Source: an uncultured Verrucomicrobiaceae bacterium (GTDB lineage: Bacteria > Pseudomonadota > Gammaproteobacteria > Pseudomonadales > CAMLJR01). Taken from it: a stretch of 64,000 nt of DNA. The notes below the pieces were generated by a model. The model saw only the letters and a list, made by a program, of their open reading frames with translations, was not told the DNA's origin and made no database searches. Below are positions 50,247 through 59,431 of this stretch, one piece after another. The stretch spans positions 8,027-72,026 of the forward strand of contig CAZWBA010000014.1 of the NCBI GenBank assembly GCA_964631955.1, read 5' to 3'. Numbering within the stretch: position 1 is the first letter of the stretch; each line of letters starts with the position of its first letter. The translations under genes and the position numbers were made by a program.

Positions 50247-50382
50247 TCACTTCGCGCTGAATGCTATTGGCCAGCCGCTTTGCCAGCGCTTCTGAATCAT
50301 CCGCAACGGCTGTGGTTTTACACCCATGTAAAAGCGGAGATTTTGTCTAAACTTCTGAGCTGTTGGACTGCACGGACTTTGT

Positions 50383-52278
50383 ATGGCTCGGATGATAGGA
50401 ATTGGGCTGGGTAATATTAAACAGTCAGGTGAGCGGCGGTTCGCCCAGCGTTTACAAAGTCATCTCGAAGATGATTATCTCGTTTGGTACGACGTACCCG
50501 TCGGTAAGAAACGACGCTATCCCGATTTCATAATCCTTCATCCTCAACGTGGTCTTCTGTTTATCGAGGTGAAGGATTGGAAACCGGCGGCGCTGAAGCG
50601 CATAAATCCCACTAGCTGCACCATCGAGACGCCGACGGGCCGGCAAGAGGTTCCACATCCCCTGGAACAGGTGCGTCAATGTGCGTACACAGCCGTAAAC
50701 GATCTCGTTCGCAATCCTCAATTACGCCAAAGTGAAGAAAAATACAGCGGCAAGCTAATTTGTCCCTATGGCTGGGGCGTTGTCTTCACAAATATTGCTC
50801 GCGATCAAATTCAGCGCGCTATGCCCGATGATATTCGCGAGCGACTTCTACCGGATCATCTCGTCATCTACAAAGATGAAATGACGGAATCGGTTGACCC
50901 GGAGTTTTTCCAGTCAAAACTGTGGGACATGTTCAATGTCCGTTTCCCTAACAAGTTAACTCTGCCGCAAATCGACTGCATTCGTTGGCACATGTTCCCC
51001 GAGTTGCGCATCGGTGATAGTGGCCAGGCAACTCTTTTTCCAGAAGATGGTTTCCCAGAAGATGGGTCCGAGGTTGAGCTCGAAGAAGCCATTCCTGACA
51101 TTATTCGAATCATGGATATTCAACAGGAGCAGTTGGCGCGCAGTTTGGGCGACGGCCATCGCGTCATTCATGGTGTGGCCGGATCAGGAAAAACGCTCAT
51201 TCTTGGCTATCGCTGTATTCATCTTGCGCAGATATTGCATAAACCTATATTAGTGCTCTGCTTCAATATTACGCTCGCAGCGAAATTACGCGGTTTTATC
51301 AGTGCGCGTGGTATTCACGGTCAAGTACAGGTTTATCATTTTCATGATTGGTGTGGCCAACAATTAAAGACATACCACGTCGGTATATTACCGGGTGAAG
51401 GCGAGGTCTATGACCGTATGGTCGATTCCGTTATCGACGGTGTCGATAAAGGGATGATTCCGCGCGGCCAATATGGTGCCGTGTTAATCGATGAGGGCCA
51501 TGATTTCGCACCCGAGTGGCTGCGGCTAGTGACGCAAATTATCGATCCCGAAACAAACTCGCTGCTTCTTCTTTACGACGATGCACAATCTATATATAGA
51601 AAACACAGCGCGCTCAAATTCAGTCTTGCCAGTGTCGGCATCCAGGCTCAGGGTCGGACCACCATTCTCAAGTTAAATTATCGAAATACGCGCGAAATCC
51701 TGGAGTTTGCTTACAACGTTGTAAAAGATTATTTCCATAGCAATGGTCAGGCAGATATCCCATTGATTCAGCCTGAAGCGGCTGGTATGTCGGGGCCATT
51801 CCCCATAGTAAAAACATTTAACGATTTACAAACGGAGGTTCAATATGTCGCGCAATGTGTATCGAAGTGGCACGAACAGGGTATTCCGTGGAAGGAAATA
51901 GCGATTCTTTATCCCGGCGGGGTTGCAGGAAAATTGATGGCACGTGCGTTGACCGAGCATGGCATTCCGCATCTATGGTTGGGGTCAAGTAAATACAAAA
52001 AAAGCTATTCCTCGGACGTCGATCGAATAACTGTATTGAGTATTCACAGCAGCAAGGGTCTGGAGTTCCGAACCATCGTCATACTCGATGCCTCGTTTGA
52101 AAGAGAGCAGGTGAACTCAGACTCTATCGATCTGGAGGAGTCGATGCGGTTGTTATATGTGGGCATGACGCGCGCACGCGAGCGTCTATTAATTTCGAGT
52201 CATCGAAACAACACAATATCGTCGGCATTAAATTTAGAAGCGAACCCAGCAGCCCGAAGTTGCAATGTCTCGGTTTGA
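50383..52278 (+). CDS. NERD-domain nuclease fused to UvrD/Rep-like SF1 helicase
   Basis: 631-aa ORF. NERD-like YPDFIILHPQRGLLFIEVKDW; Walker A GVAGSGKTLIL; Walker B VLIDEGHDF; C-terminal SIHSSKGLEFRTIVILD and LLYVGMTRARERL. Confidence 0.85.
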   Translation: MARMIGIGLGNIKQSGERRFAQRLQSHLEDDYLVWYDVPVGKKRRYPDFIILHPQRGLLFIEVKDWKPAALKRINPTSCTIETPTGRQEVPHPLEQVRQCAYTAVNDLVRNPQLRQSEEKYSGKLICPYGWGVVFTNIARDQIQRAMPDDIRERLLPDHLVIYKDEMTESVDPEFFQSKLWDMFNVRFPNKLTLPQIDCIRWHMFPELRIGDSGQATLFPEDGFPEDGSEVELEEAIPDIIRIMDIQQEQLARSLGDGHRVIHGVAGSGKTLILGYRCIHLAQILHKPILVLCFNITLAAKLRGFISARGIHGQVQVYHFHDWCGQQLKTYHVGILPGEGEVYDRMVDSVIDGVDKGMIPRGQYGAVLIDEGHDFAPEWLRLVTQIIDPETNSLLLLYDDAQSIYRKHSALKFSLASVGIQAQGRTTILKLNYRNTREILEFAYNVVKDYFHSNGQADIPLIQPEAAGMSGPFPIVKTFNDLQTEVQYVAQCVSKWHEQGIPWKEIAILYPGGVAGKLMARALTEHGIPHLWLGSSKYKKSYSSDVDRITVLSIHSSKGLEFRTIVILDASFEREQVNSDSIDLEESMRLLYVGMTRARERLLISSHRNNTISSALNLEANPAARSCNVSV

Positions 52279-52347
52279 AAACTCAAAGTGCCGTTAATGT
52301 AATAGAGAGCGCCTGGTCGGGAGTTTTTTTTGAAATCGAATAGTGAT

Positions 52348-52953
52348 ATGCGACAACAGGGAAAAATTACCCATTGGCAGGATGAAAAGGGTTTTGGGTT
52401 TATTAGGCCGGATCAGGGCGGCAAGGACGTTTTCGCCCACATCAGTGCATTTAACAATCGTCAGCGTCGCCCAGCGATGGATGATCTGGTTGTGTATGAA
52501 TCCAGACTGGATAAAAGCGGCCGGCATCGGGCTGTCGATATTTCTTATCTCGGTGAAAGATCAGCGACGTCCGTATCGAATCGCCGTACAGGGGTAGCGC
52601 TGTCACTGTCGCTGAGTATGTTCGCCTTTGTCGCTGCGGCGTATTTATTTGAAAGAATTCACGTCGCGGTCGTCGCGCTATACATGGTTGCCAGTGCGGT
52701 AGCGTTTTTGACCTATGCCTTCGATAAGTCTGCAGCCCAAAAAGATCGACGGCGTACACCGGAAAATACACTGCATTTTTTAGCGTTAATCGGCGGCTGG
52801 CCGGGCGCTTTGATGGCGCAGCGGTTGCTTCGTCATAAATCCAGAAAACTATCGTTTCAAATAATTTTCTGGATAACCGTCGTTATCAATTGTGCTGCGC
52901 TCAGCTACTTAATGACGGATGCGGGAGCCGCGAAGATAGCTTCTCTTATTTAA
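52348..52953 (+). CDS. cold-shock domain + DUF1294 membrane protein
   Basis: GKITHWQDEKGFGFIRPDQGGKDVFAHISAF (CSD) followed by hydrophobic DUF1294-like C-terminus; start at ATG 52348. Confidence 0.8.
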   Translation: MRQQGKITHWQDEKGFGFIRPDQGGKDVFAHISAFNNRQRRPAMDDLVVYESRLDKSGRHRAVDISYLGERSATSVSNRRTGVALSLSLSMFAFVAAAYLFERIHVAVVALYMVASAVAFLTYAFDKSAAQKDRRRTPENTLHFLALIGGWPGALMAQRLLRHKSRKLSFQIIFWITVVINCAALSYLMTDAGAAKIASLI

Positions 52954-53833
52954 ATAACACCTCTTTCTTTCGCGTTGTGGCATTGGCATCGCGCCACAGC
53001 GTTGGCCATTGCTCGGCCCAGCAGCAACGGTGATCGAAGTTTTCTTTGATCAGGATTCGGGGGCGCTGGTTCGGAGGAAATAGAGCGGCAAATGCCGTTG
53101 CCATTGCCGGCGTTATGTTGTCGTCGTTGGCGCCGACAAAATGGAGCTGCTTCAGGCCGTGCAGACGCTCGATGTCTGCGGCGGGATTCAGCGATTTCGT
53201 GAGCGGCGCGTATCCATGCGTTTTCGCCCAGGCGACCGGATCGAGATTTCCCGCTACGGTAATTATCCTTTCCACATCGTCGCGTCGCGCGGCTACCAAT
53301 GCCGCCACCGCGGCGCCGCCGGAATATCCGACCAGGGTCAGTCTGCCCGCGCGATGACGTTCTTTCAGCACAGTGATCGCGCGGTCGGTCGACGCAATGA
53401 CGTCGGCTGCGAATCGCGCGTCGGTCCAGAAACCGATGTTGCATGGTGTTCCGGCTTCAATGTATTGGCAGGGCCGTGCGAGATACACCGCCACGCCGTC
53501 GGGCTGCGCCAGCGCCAGTCGCAAGCCGATCGGGTCGACAGGCGTGGGATCGCGCGACGGCTGGGAGGCCGTGATCCAGGCGAGTCCGTCGCCTTCGATG
53601 TAAACCGTGAGCTGGTCTGACGGTACGGCTACCGCGGCGCCGTACATCATCAATTGAAAGGGTCCGGCGGAGATTCTTTCCCCCTGCCAGGAGCGGGTTA
53701 CAGCCAGTTCATCGGCAAAATGCTTGCGCTCGTCCGGCGCGGGCAAACTGTTGCACGCGCTGCACAGGACCGCGCTCACCGCCGCCATCAACACCAGCGC
53801 CCGCTGCATGATATTCAACATGCGATCGCTCAC
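52946..53833 (-). CDS. secreted alpha/beta hydrolase
   Basis: 295-aa ORF with signal peptide and nucleophile elbow LTLVGYSGGAAVA. Confidence 0.65.
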   Translation of the reverse strand: MSDRMLNIMQRALVLMAAVSAVLCSACNSLPAPDERKHFADELAVTRSWQGERISAGPFQLMMYGAAVAVPSDQLTVYIEGDGLAWITASQPSRDPTPVDPIGLRLALAQPDGVAVYLARPCQYIEAGTPCNIGFWTDARFAADVIASTDRAITVLKERHRAGRLTLVGYSGGAAVAALVAARRDDVERIITVAGNLDPVAWAKTHGYAPLTKSLNPAADIERLHGLKQLHFVGANDDNITPAMATAFAALFPPNQRPRILIKENFDHRCCWAEQWPTLWRDANATTRKKEVLFK

Positions 53834-53837
53834 TCAT

Positions 53838-53867
53838 AAAAAAAGCCATGCAGTTTCCGGCATGGCT
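53838..53867 (-). terminator. rho-independent terminator after the autotransporter gene
   Basis: On the minus strand: AGCCATGC-8 nt loop-GCATGGCT followed by a T-run. Confidence 0.7.
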
Positions 53868-53885
53868 TCAGGGTCGTTCAATCCG

Positions 53886-56800
53886 CTAGAACTTCCAGTT
53901 CACTTTCACCGAGGCCGACTGGTTTTCGAAGCCTGAGCGGGCCTCGGCATCGTAGCGAAGCGATACGTCCATCGTGTCGGTGAGCTGGTACTTCACGCCA
54001 GCACCGCCACGGTACAGCCACGCATCCGGCTCGATGCCGCGCGTTGCGAACGAGACACCCGGCGCACCGGCATAGGCCGCGGTGATCGATGCCTCGCGCG
54101 CCATCGTGTCATAGCCGACACCCAGATCCACCGACGCGGTGAGGTGCGTGTCGATGCGGTATTCCAGCTTTCCTGCCACGCCCACAATGAGCTGTTCCAC
54201 GTTGCGGCTGTCGACTTCCAGATTCAACGCGCCCGCCCCGGTCTCCCGATAGGCATCATCGTGAATCCGCGAGTAGTCGGCACGCACCGATGGCGTCAGT
54301 GTTATCGCGCTGTTCAGGACGAAGGACTGCGAGAGCCCTACACCGGCATGCGCGCTGATGCTGTCGTAGTCGGACTCGGCGACGGTCGAGAAATCCGACA
54401 TCTTGCGGACGCCCTCGGTGTGATTCCGGCCCAGGTCGACCTGATAGCTCAGCTCGCGCCGGCCACCGAGATCGTAGGTGCCGTAGCCGATCAACTGGTA
54501 GATATCGATATCGGCGCTCTGTGGCGCGATACTGGAGTTTCCGTCGACATTGGCGCTGGCGTACGCAAACGCGACGCCCACGGTGTGTCGGGAATGGATT
54601 TGACCGTCGACACCCAGCGCCAATCCCCCCGTTTTCGCTTCGAATCCGGCCACGCCGTTGCGATCATCCTGATCGGCGCGGCTGCCAAACGGCTTGAGCC
54701 AGACGTTGCGTTCGGTCAGGAAGGCATCGCCCGACGAGGCACCGTAGCCTCCCTGTCGGGCCTGAATGATGCTGTTGATGCTGGTCAGTGTATTTTGCGT
54801 GCTGAGCATGCTGCCGCCGGTCAGCAGAGGTAATGACTGCGTCACGGCACGGTTGATCTGCGCTTCGCTCCCCGATACCGGAATGAAGGCGGCGGCCAGC
54901 GCACCCTGCGGATCGCTCGCAAAAGTTGCATCCAGCGCGCGCGCCGCGCCCGTCGCAGGGGTATTGCCGAAGTCCGACACGATCTGCGTCACCGTGGTAG
55001 CCGGGGTCTCGTTGCCGGCATCCGGCGTTGAAATCGTCAGGTCGACATCGTTGGCGCGGTACACAGCGGTGAAGTCGAACAGAATGCTGTTATCGGTGAC
55101 CTGCGCGAAGGTGCCGCTGACGCCATCGGTGGCATGCACGACACTGAGCAGAGAGCCGCTCAGCGATGGGCTGCCGATCACATCGATCGCGAGCGTGCCG
55201 TCCAGCTGCGCGGTCCCGTCAACATTCAGCTTGCCGTAGCTGTCGACACCCGATACCGATGTGGTCAGGGTGCCGGTGCTGCCATTAGTGAAATCCCCAT
55301 CCACCGACAGCGTCTTGCCGGCGGCGATCGTCGTTGTACCGGCGTTGTTCAGGTCATTGACGCTGGCGTCGTCGGCGAGCAATTCGGCGAGATAATCGAT
55401 AACCACCTGACTGCTGCTCAGCGCCGCGCCATCCGTCAGCGCGAGTGTTCCGCCGGCCACCTGCGTGGCGCCGGTGTAGGTGTTGACGCCGGAGAGCGTG
55501 GTGGTGCCGCTGCCTTGCAGCACCAGGCTGCCGAGGCCGGAGATGACGCCGGACAACGTCGCGTCGTGGCCATCGTTATCGAAGGTATTGAACGCGGAGT
55601 TCTCGCCAGCCGATAGCGTAATAGCGCGCGCGCTGCTGAAATCCGCGCTGGTGCGCAGCGTGGCGTTATACAGACTCAGCGCGCCGCCGACCGCACCCAG
55701 GTTGGCATCGCGATCGACCGCCAGCGTGGTGCCCTCGCCGACCGTGGTACCGCCCTGGTAGGTGTTGGTACCCGACAGCGTTTTCGTACCGCCGCTGGCC
55801 ACCGACAGGCCGCCCGTGCCGGAGATGACGCCGGAGAAGGTAGAGCTGCTGTTGTTGGCACCCACTACCAGCGTGGCCGAACCCAGCGTGACGTTGCCGC
55901 TGCCGGCCAGCGAATCGACGTGCTGGTTGAAGTTGTTCAGATCGAAGGTCGCACCCGAGGCGACCGTCAGTTCCGTCGACGTCGACAATGCGTGGGCAAT
56001 TCCCGCCTGCAGCGTGCCGGCATTGATGGTGGTGGCGCCACTGTAGGTGTTGACGCCCGCCAGCGTGGTGGTGCCGCTGCCGGTTTTGGTCAGACCGCCG
56101 GCGCCCGAGATATCGCCCGAAAAGGTGGTGCTGGTGTTGTTACTGCCCGCCGTCAGCGTCGCCGAACCGAGCGTGACATCGCCGGCACCCGCCAGCGAAC
56201 CGACCGACTGGTTGTAGTTGTTCAAGTTGAAGGTCGCGCCCGAAGCAACCGTCACCGCCGTCGACGCCGACAGCGCGTTGGCCACTCCCGTCTGCAGCGT
56301 GCCGGCATTGATGTTGGTGGCGCCGGTGTAGGTGTTGACGCCCGACAGCGTGGTGGTGCCGCTGCCGGCGAAGGTGAGGCTGCCGTTGCCGGAGATGACA
56401 CCGGAGAAGCTGTCGTTATGACCGCCGTTGTCGATGGTGCTGGCGGTGTTTTGTGTCAGCACAATAGCGCGTGCGCTGATGACATCGGCTGTGGTCAGCA
56501 GTGTGCCGCCACTCAAGGTCAGATCGCCGCTGACATCGCCGAGACTGGCATCGCTGTCGATGCTCAGCGTGCCCGCCTGAACATCCCAGGGGGTAATGAC
56601 CGGAATGATTTGATACGTTGGCGTGCCGCAAAACACGGGGTCACCCGGGAACATGTCGCACAATACCGGGTTTGCGTTGGGATCAGGAATTCCGATGACC
56701 CCGGGAACCGGCGCGCCGGTAAGAGACCAGATACCACTCCCTCTCTTTGTATAACTGGCGAAACCGTCGACACTCGTCATATTTAGCGTGTTGCTCAGCG

Positions 56801-57767
56801 AACCTTCCAGAATCAGCGTATCGCCACCGTTGGTACTGCCGCTGCTGCTGATCAGGTTGCCCGAGATTATCGAGCCATCCTGCAGGATCAGCGTGTTGCC
56901 GCCCCCCGAGAGCTCGATCGCGTTGCCCGCCACACCGTTGCCCGCGTTATAGCTACCCGGACCGCCGTTCCCCGCAGTACCGCCACTGATGGTGCCCGAG
57001 TTGTAAATCGTCGCATTACCCGTCGCCACGACACCGGCACCACCATTGCCGCCTTTACCGCCTTGTGCGGAGGCGTTGCCGCCCCCCAGGCCGTTGCCCC
57101 CGGTGAGGGTGCCCGAATTGATCAGCGTAAACCCGGAACCACTAACAGCCGCGCCGCCGTTGCCGCCATCACCGCCATACCCCCAGCCCGAGCCGCCGGC
57201 GCCGCCGCCCAGGCCGCCACTTACCGTACCGGTGTTGGTGAAATCGAAGTCCGTGCCGGAAACGCCCGCACCACCCGCCCCACCGTTACCGCTCCGGCTC
57301 CAGGTGCCCGACGCAACGCCCCCGGCGCCCCCAGCGCCCCCAACAATCTGGCCATCACTGCTCAATGTGAAGTCGGTACCGGTGAGTGCTGCGCTGCCGC
57401 CGCCGCCATGACCCGCCTGACTGTCATCGCCGCTGGCATTACCACCGGTACCACCCGTGGTGCCGATGATCGTCTCGCTGCTCGCCAGGTCGTAGTCGCT
57501 GCCCGCCGCGTCCAGTATCTGCGGGCCTGCGCCGCTGGTCAGCGTGGTATCCGCCAGCGCCGGCATGGCCACCAAACCCAGCGCCAGCGCGATGGCCGCC
57601 GCCAGACACCGCAATGGCAGGCTGAACGCGATGGCCGCGAGCGGGGTTGCAACTGCGCCCACGACACCGCTGCCGCCCGCCGATTTTTTCTGCTGCGGCC
57701 CGGTCTCTGCCGTGACCTGCAGCAATCCGAGCGCGCGATTGAAAACGAGGCGATAGACGTGGTTCAT
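53886..57767 (-). CDS. type Va autotransporter (ESPR signal, Gly-rich and PATR-repeat passenger, C-terminal beta-barrel)
   Basis: Start reset to MNHVYRLVFNRALGLLQV (extended-signal-peptide motif). Repeated GSGTTTLSGVNTYTGAT.INAGTLQ modules. Barrel ending ...SASVKVNWKF. Confidence 0.88.
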   Translation of the reverse strand: MNHVYRLVFNRALGLLQVTAETGPQQKKSAGGSGVVGAVATPLAAIAFSLPLRCLAAAIALALGLVAMPALADTTLTSGAGPQILDAAGSDYDLASSETIIGTTGGTGGNASGDDSQAGHGGGGSAALTGTDFTLSSDGQIVGGAGGAGGVASGTWSRSGNGGAGGAGVSGTDFDFTNTGTVSGGLGGGAGGSGWGYGGDGGNGGAAVSGSGFTLINSGTLTGGNGLGGGNASAQGGKGGNGGAGVVATGNATIYNSGTISGGTAGNGGPGSYNAGNGVAGNAIELSGGGNTLILQDGSIISGNLISSSGSTNGGDTLILEGSLSNTLNMTSVDGFASYTKRGSGIWSLTGAPVPGVIGIPDPNANPVLCDMFPGDPVFCGTPTYQIIPVITPWDVQAGTLSIDSDASLGDVSGDLTLSGGTLLTTADVISARAIVLTQNTASTIDNGGHNDSFSGVISGNGSLTFAGSGTTTLSGVNTYTGATNINAGTLQTGVANALSASTAVTVASGATFNLNNYNQSVGSLAGAGDVTLGSATLTAGSNNTSTTFSGDISGAGGLTKTGSGTTTLAGVNTYSGATTINAGTLQAGIAHALSTSTELTVASGATFDLNNFNQHVDSLAGSGNVTLGSATLVVGANNSSSTFSGVISGTGGLSVASGGTKTLSGTNTYQGGTTVGEGTTLAVDRDANLGAVGGALSLYNATLRTSADFSSARAITLSAGENSAFNTFDNDGHDATLSGVISGLGSLVLQGSGTTTLSGVNTYTGATQVAGGTLALTDGAALSSSQVVIDYLAELLADDASVNDLNNAGTTTIAAGKTLSVDGDFTNGSTGTLTTSVSGVDSYGKLNVDGTAQLDGTLAIDVIGSPSLSGSLLSVVHATDGVSGTFAQVTDNSILFDFTAVYRANDVDLTISTPDAGNETPATTVTQIVSDFGNTPATGAARALDATFASDPQGALAAAFIPVSGSEAQINRAVTQSLPLLTGGSMLSTQNTLTSINSIIQARQGGYGASSGDAFLTERNVWLKPFGSRADQDDRNGVAGFEAKTGGLALGVDGQIHSRHTVGVAFAYASANVDGNSSIAPQSADIDIYQLIGYGTYDLGGRRELSYQVDLGRNHTEGVRKMSDFSTVAESDYDSISAHAGVGLSQSFVLNSAITLTPSVRADYSRIHDDAYRETGAGALNLEVDSRNVEQLIVGVAGKLEYRIDTHLTASVDLGVGYDTMAREASITAAYAGAPGVSFATRGIEPDAWLYRGGAGVKYQLTDTMDVSLRYDAEARSGFENQSASVKVNWKF
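55468..56370 (-). repeat. intragenic tandem repeats (autotransporter-associated beta-strand repeats)
   Basis: Core CTGCAGCGTGCCGGCATTGATG.TGGTGGCGCC..TGTAGGTGTTGACGCC....AGCGTGGTGGTGCCGCTGCC recurs at about 56007 and about 56292 (285-nt period), with a partial copy at about 55468. Confidence 0.75.
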
Positions 57768-58117
57768 GCGTTCTTCTCTGGTTGTTTGTCGATTAATGGA
57801 TGCTTGACGAAGATTGAAAAAGCACCCGCTGCCGCAGAGTGGAGCCCGAACGTGGAAGACCCGAATGCAGAGCGCGCATAGCCGGGGAATGGCTCCTTCG
57901 ATGCGCACAGGGCGCGGTGATGTGAATACTCGTGAATGACGCGAGACAGCGATTCGAATGAACCGCCAGCAGCTCCGCCGCCATAGGAAAACCGTTAGGC
58001 CGGAAGCTTTGCGTCTCTGGCTTTCACCAGATTTGCCAACATGTCCACAGTCTAGTTGGGAACAACCGATCGTCAATTATCGCTGCCGCCGGAGCGGTGC
58101 TAACAATTCGGTCGGGA

Positions 58118-59386
58118 TCAGCCATTCACCATTTGCAGAATCAGCGGCGTCATGCCGAATGACATGCCGAGAGCCATCGCCAGGAAACCGAAACCCACCG
58201 AGCGGGCAAGAGATACCGAGCCCATCAGAACCGTGATGCCGAACTTGAAAATGAAATTCGCAAACATGGCGATGGAAATGGCAATCGCGACCTGCGAAGG
58301 CTCCAGCGCGGAGGTATTGATCATGCGCAGCGTGGATACCGCGATGGCGTCGAGATCGGTCAATCCGGAAACGAACGCGGCCAGATAAGTTCCCACCACA
58401 CCGATCACGTTATTCATCCACGCGACCAGCACGGAGACCACGGCAAACAGCGCGGCAAACGTCAATGCGGCGCGCAATTCGGTCGGGTTTTCTATTTCGA
58501 AGGAAAATGTCGGCGCTTCCGTCGCTCTTTCGCGGTAGTGATGCATCCATAAAAAATACAGACCACCGCCGGCAACGCCGCCGATCAATATCGGCAACAG
58601 CTTGGTCAGAATGGTCGGTGCGATAAGCAGCGCGAATATGCCGACGCGAAAATATAAAACCAGATTGGCGACGATCACCGCGCTCGCCGACAGCGCCGTC
58701 AATTTCGGTTCGCGCTGCGCCCGCCGCGAAAATGCCAGCGTGGTGGCTGTCGTCGATGCCAGCCCGCCAAAAATTCCCGCCATCAGAAATCCCCGTCGCG
58801 CGCCGAACAAACGCAGGGCGATATAGCCGGCGAGGCTCACCCCCGAAATAAGCACCACCATCAGCACGATTCGATAGGGATTGAGCGCGCCGAATGGATC
58901 GAACGTTCGATCGGGCAGTACGGGCAGCAAAATAAACGCGAGCACGCCAAATTGAATGAACGACACGTAATCGCGTGGCGACAGATGCCGCGTGGCGCTG
59001 TGCAGTTCGGTGCGAAAATACAGCAGTGCCATCGTCGTGATGGCGAGCGTGACCGCGACATTGTCGTGACCGAACCATAACAGCGTGCCGAGCGCGAAGG
59101 TGATCAGCGCGGCGATCACGGTGGTGGTGCCCGAATCCGCCTGCGGATCCTGGTCGCGACTGTAGGCGGCGATCATCGCGCCACCGACGATGGCCGCGAT
59201 GATGACGATGATCCACGGCGCATCGATCTGCTGACCGATGTACGCGAATAACGCTCCCGCCAGGGCGATCAGTCCGAACGTCCGCAAGCCCGCCTTCGCT
59301 CCCGGATGACGTTCGCGCTCGACACCGATCAGCAGCCCGAGCGCCAGGCTTTTCGCGAAAAGAATCAGTTGAGAAATATCGTCCAT
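58118..59386 (-). CDS. MgtC/SapB-family membrane protein with DUF4010 extension
   Basis: 422-aa polytopic ORF; N-terminal LLIGVERERHPGAKAGLRTFGLIALAGALF MgtC signature. Confidence 0.8.
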   Translation of the reverse strand: MDDISQLILFAKSLALGLLIGVERERHPGAKAGLRTFGLIALAGALFAYIGQQIDAPWIIVIIAAIVGGAMIAAYSRDQDPQADSGTTTVIAALITFALGTLLWFGHDNVAVTLAITTMALLYFRTELHSATRHLSPRDYVSFIQFGVLAFILLPVLPDRTFDPFGALNPYRIVLMVVLISGVSLAGYIALRLFGARRGFLMAGIFGGLASTTATTLAFSRRAQREPKLTALSASAVIVANLVLYFRVGIFALLIAPTILTKLLPILIGGVAGGGLYFLWMHHYRERATEAPTFSFEIENPTELRAALTFAALFAVVSVLVAWMNNVIGVVGTYLAAFVSGLTDLDAIAVSTLRMINTSALEPSQVAIAISIAMFANFIFKFGITVLMGSVSLARSVGFGFLAMALGMSFGMTPLILQMVNG

Positions 59387-59431
59387 TGTTCCTGTCTCTG
59401 TACAACGCTCGTCAGAAAAATATGCGCCTGC

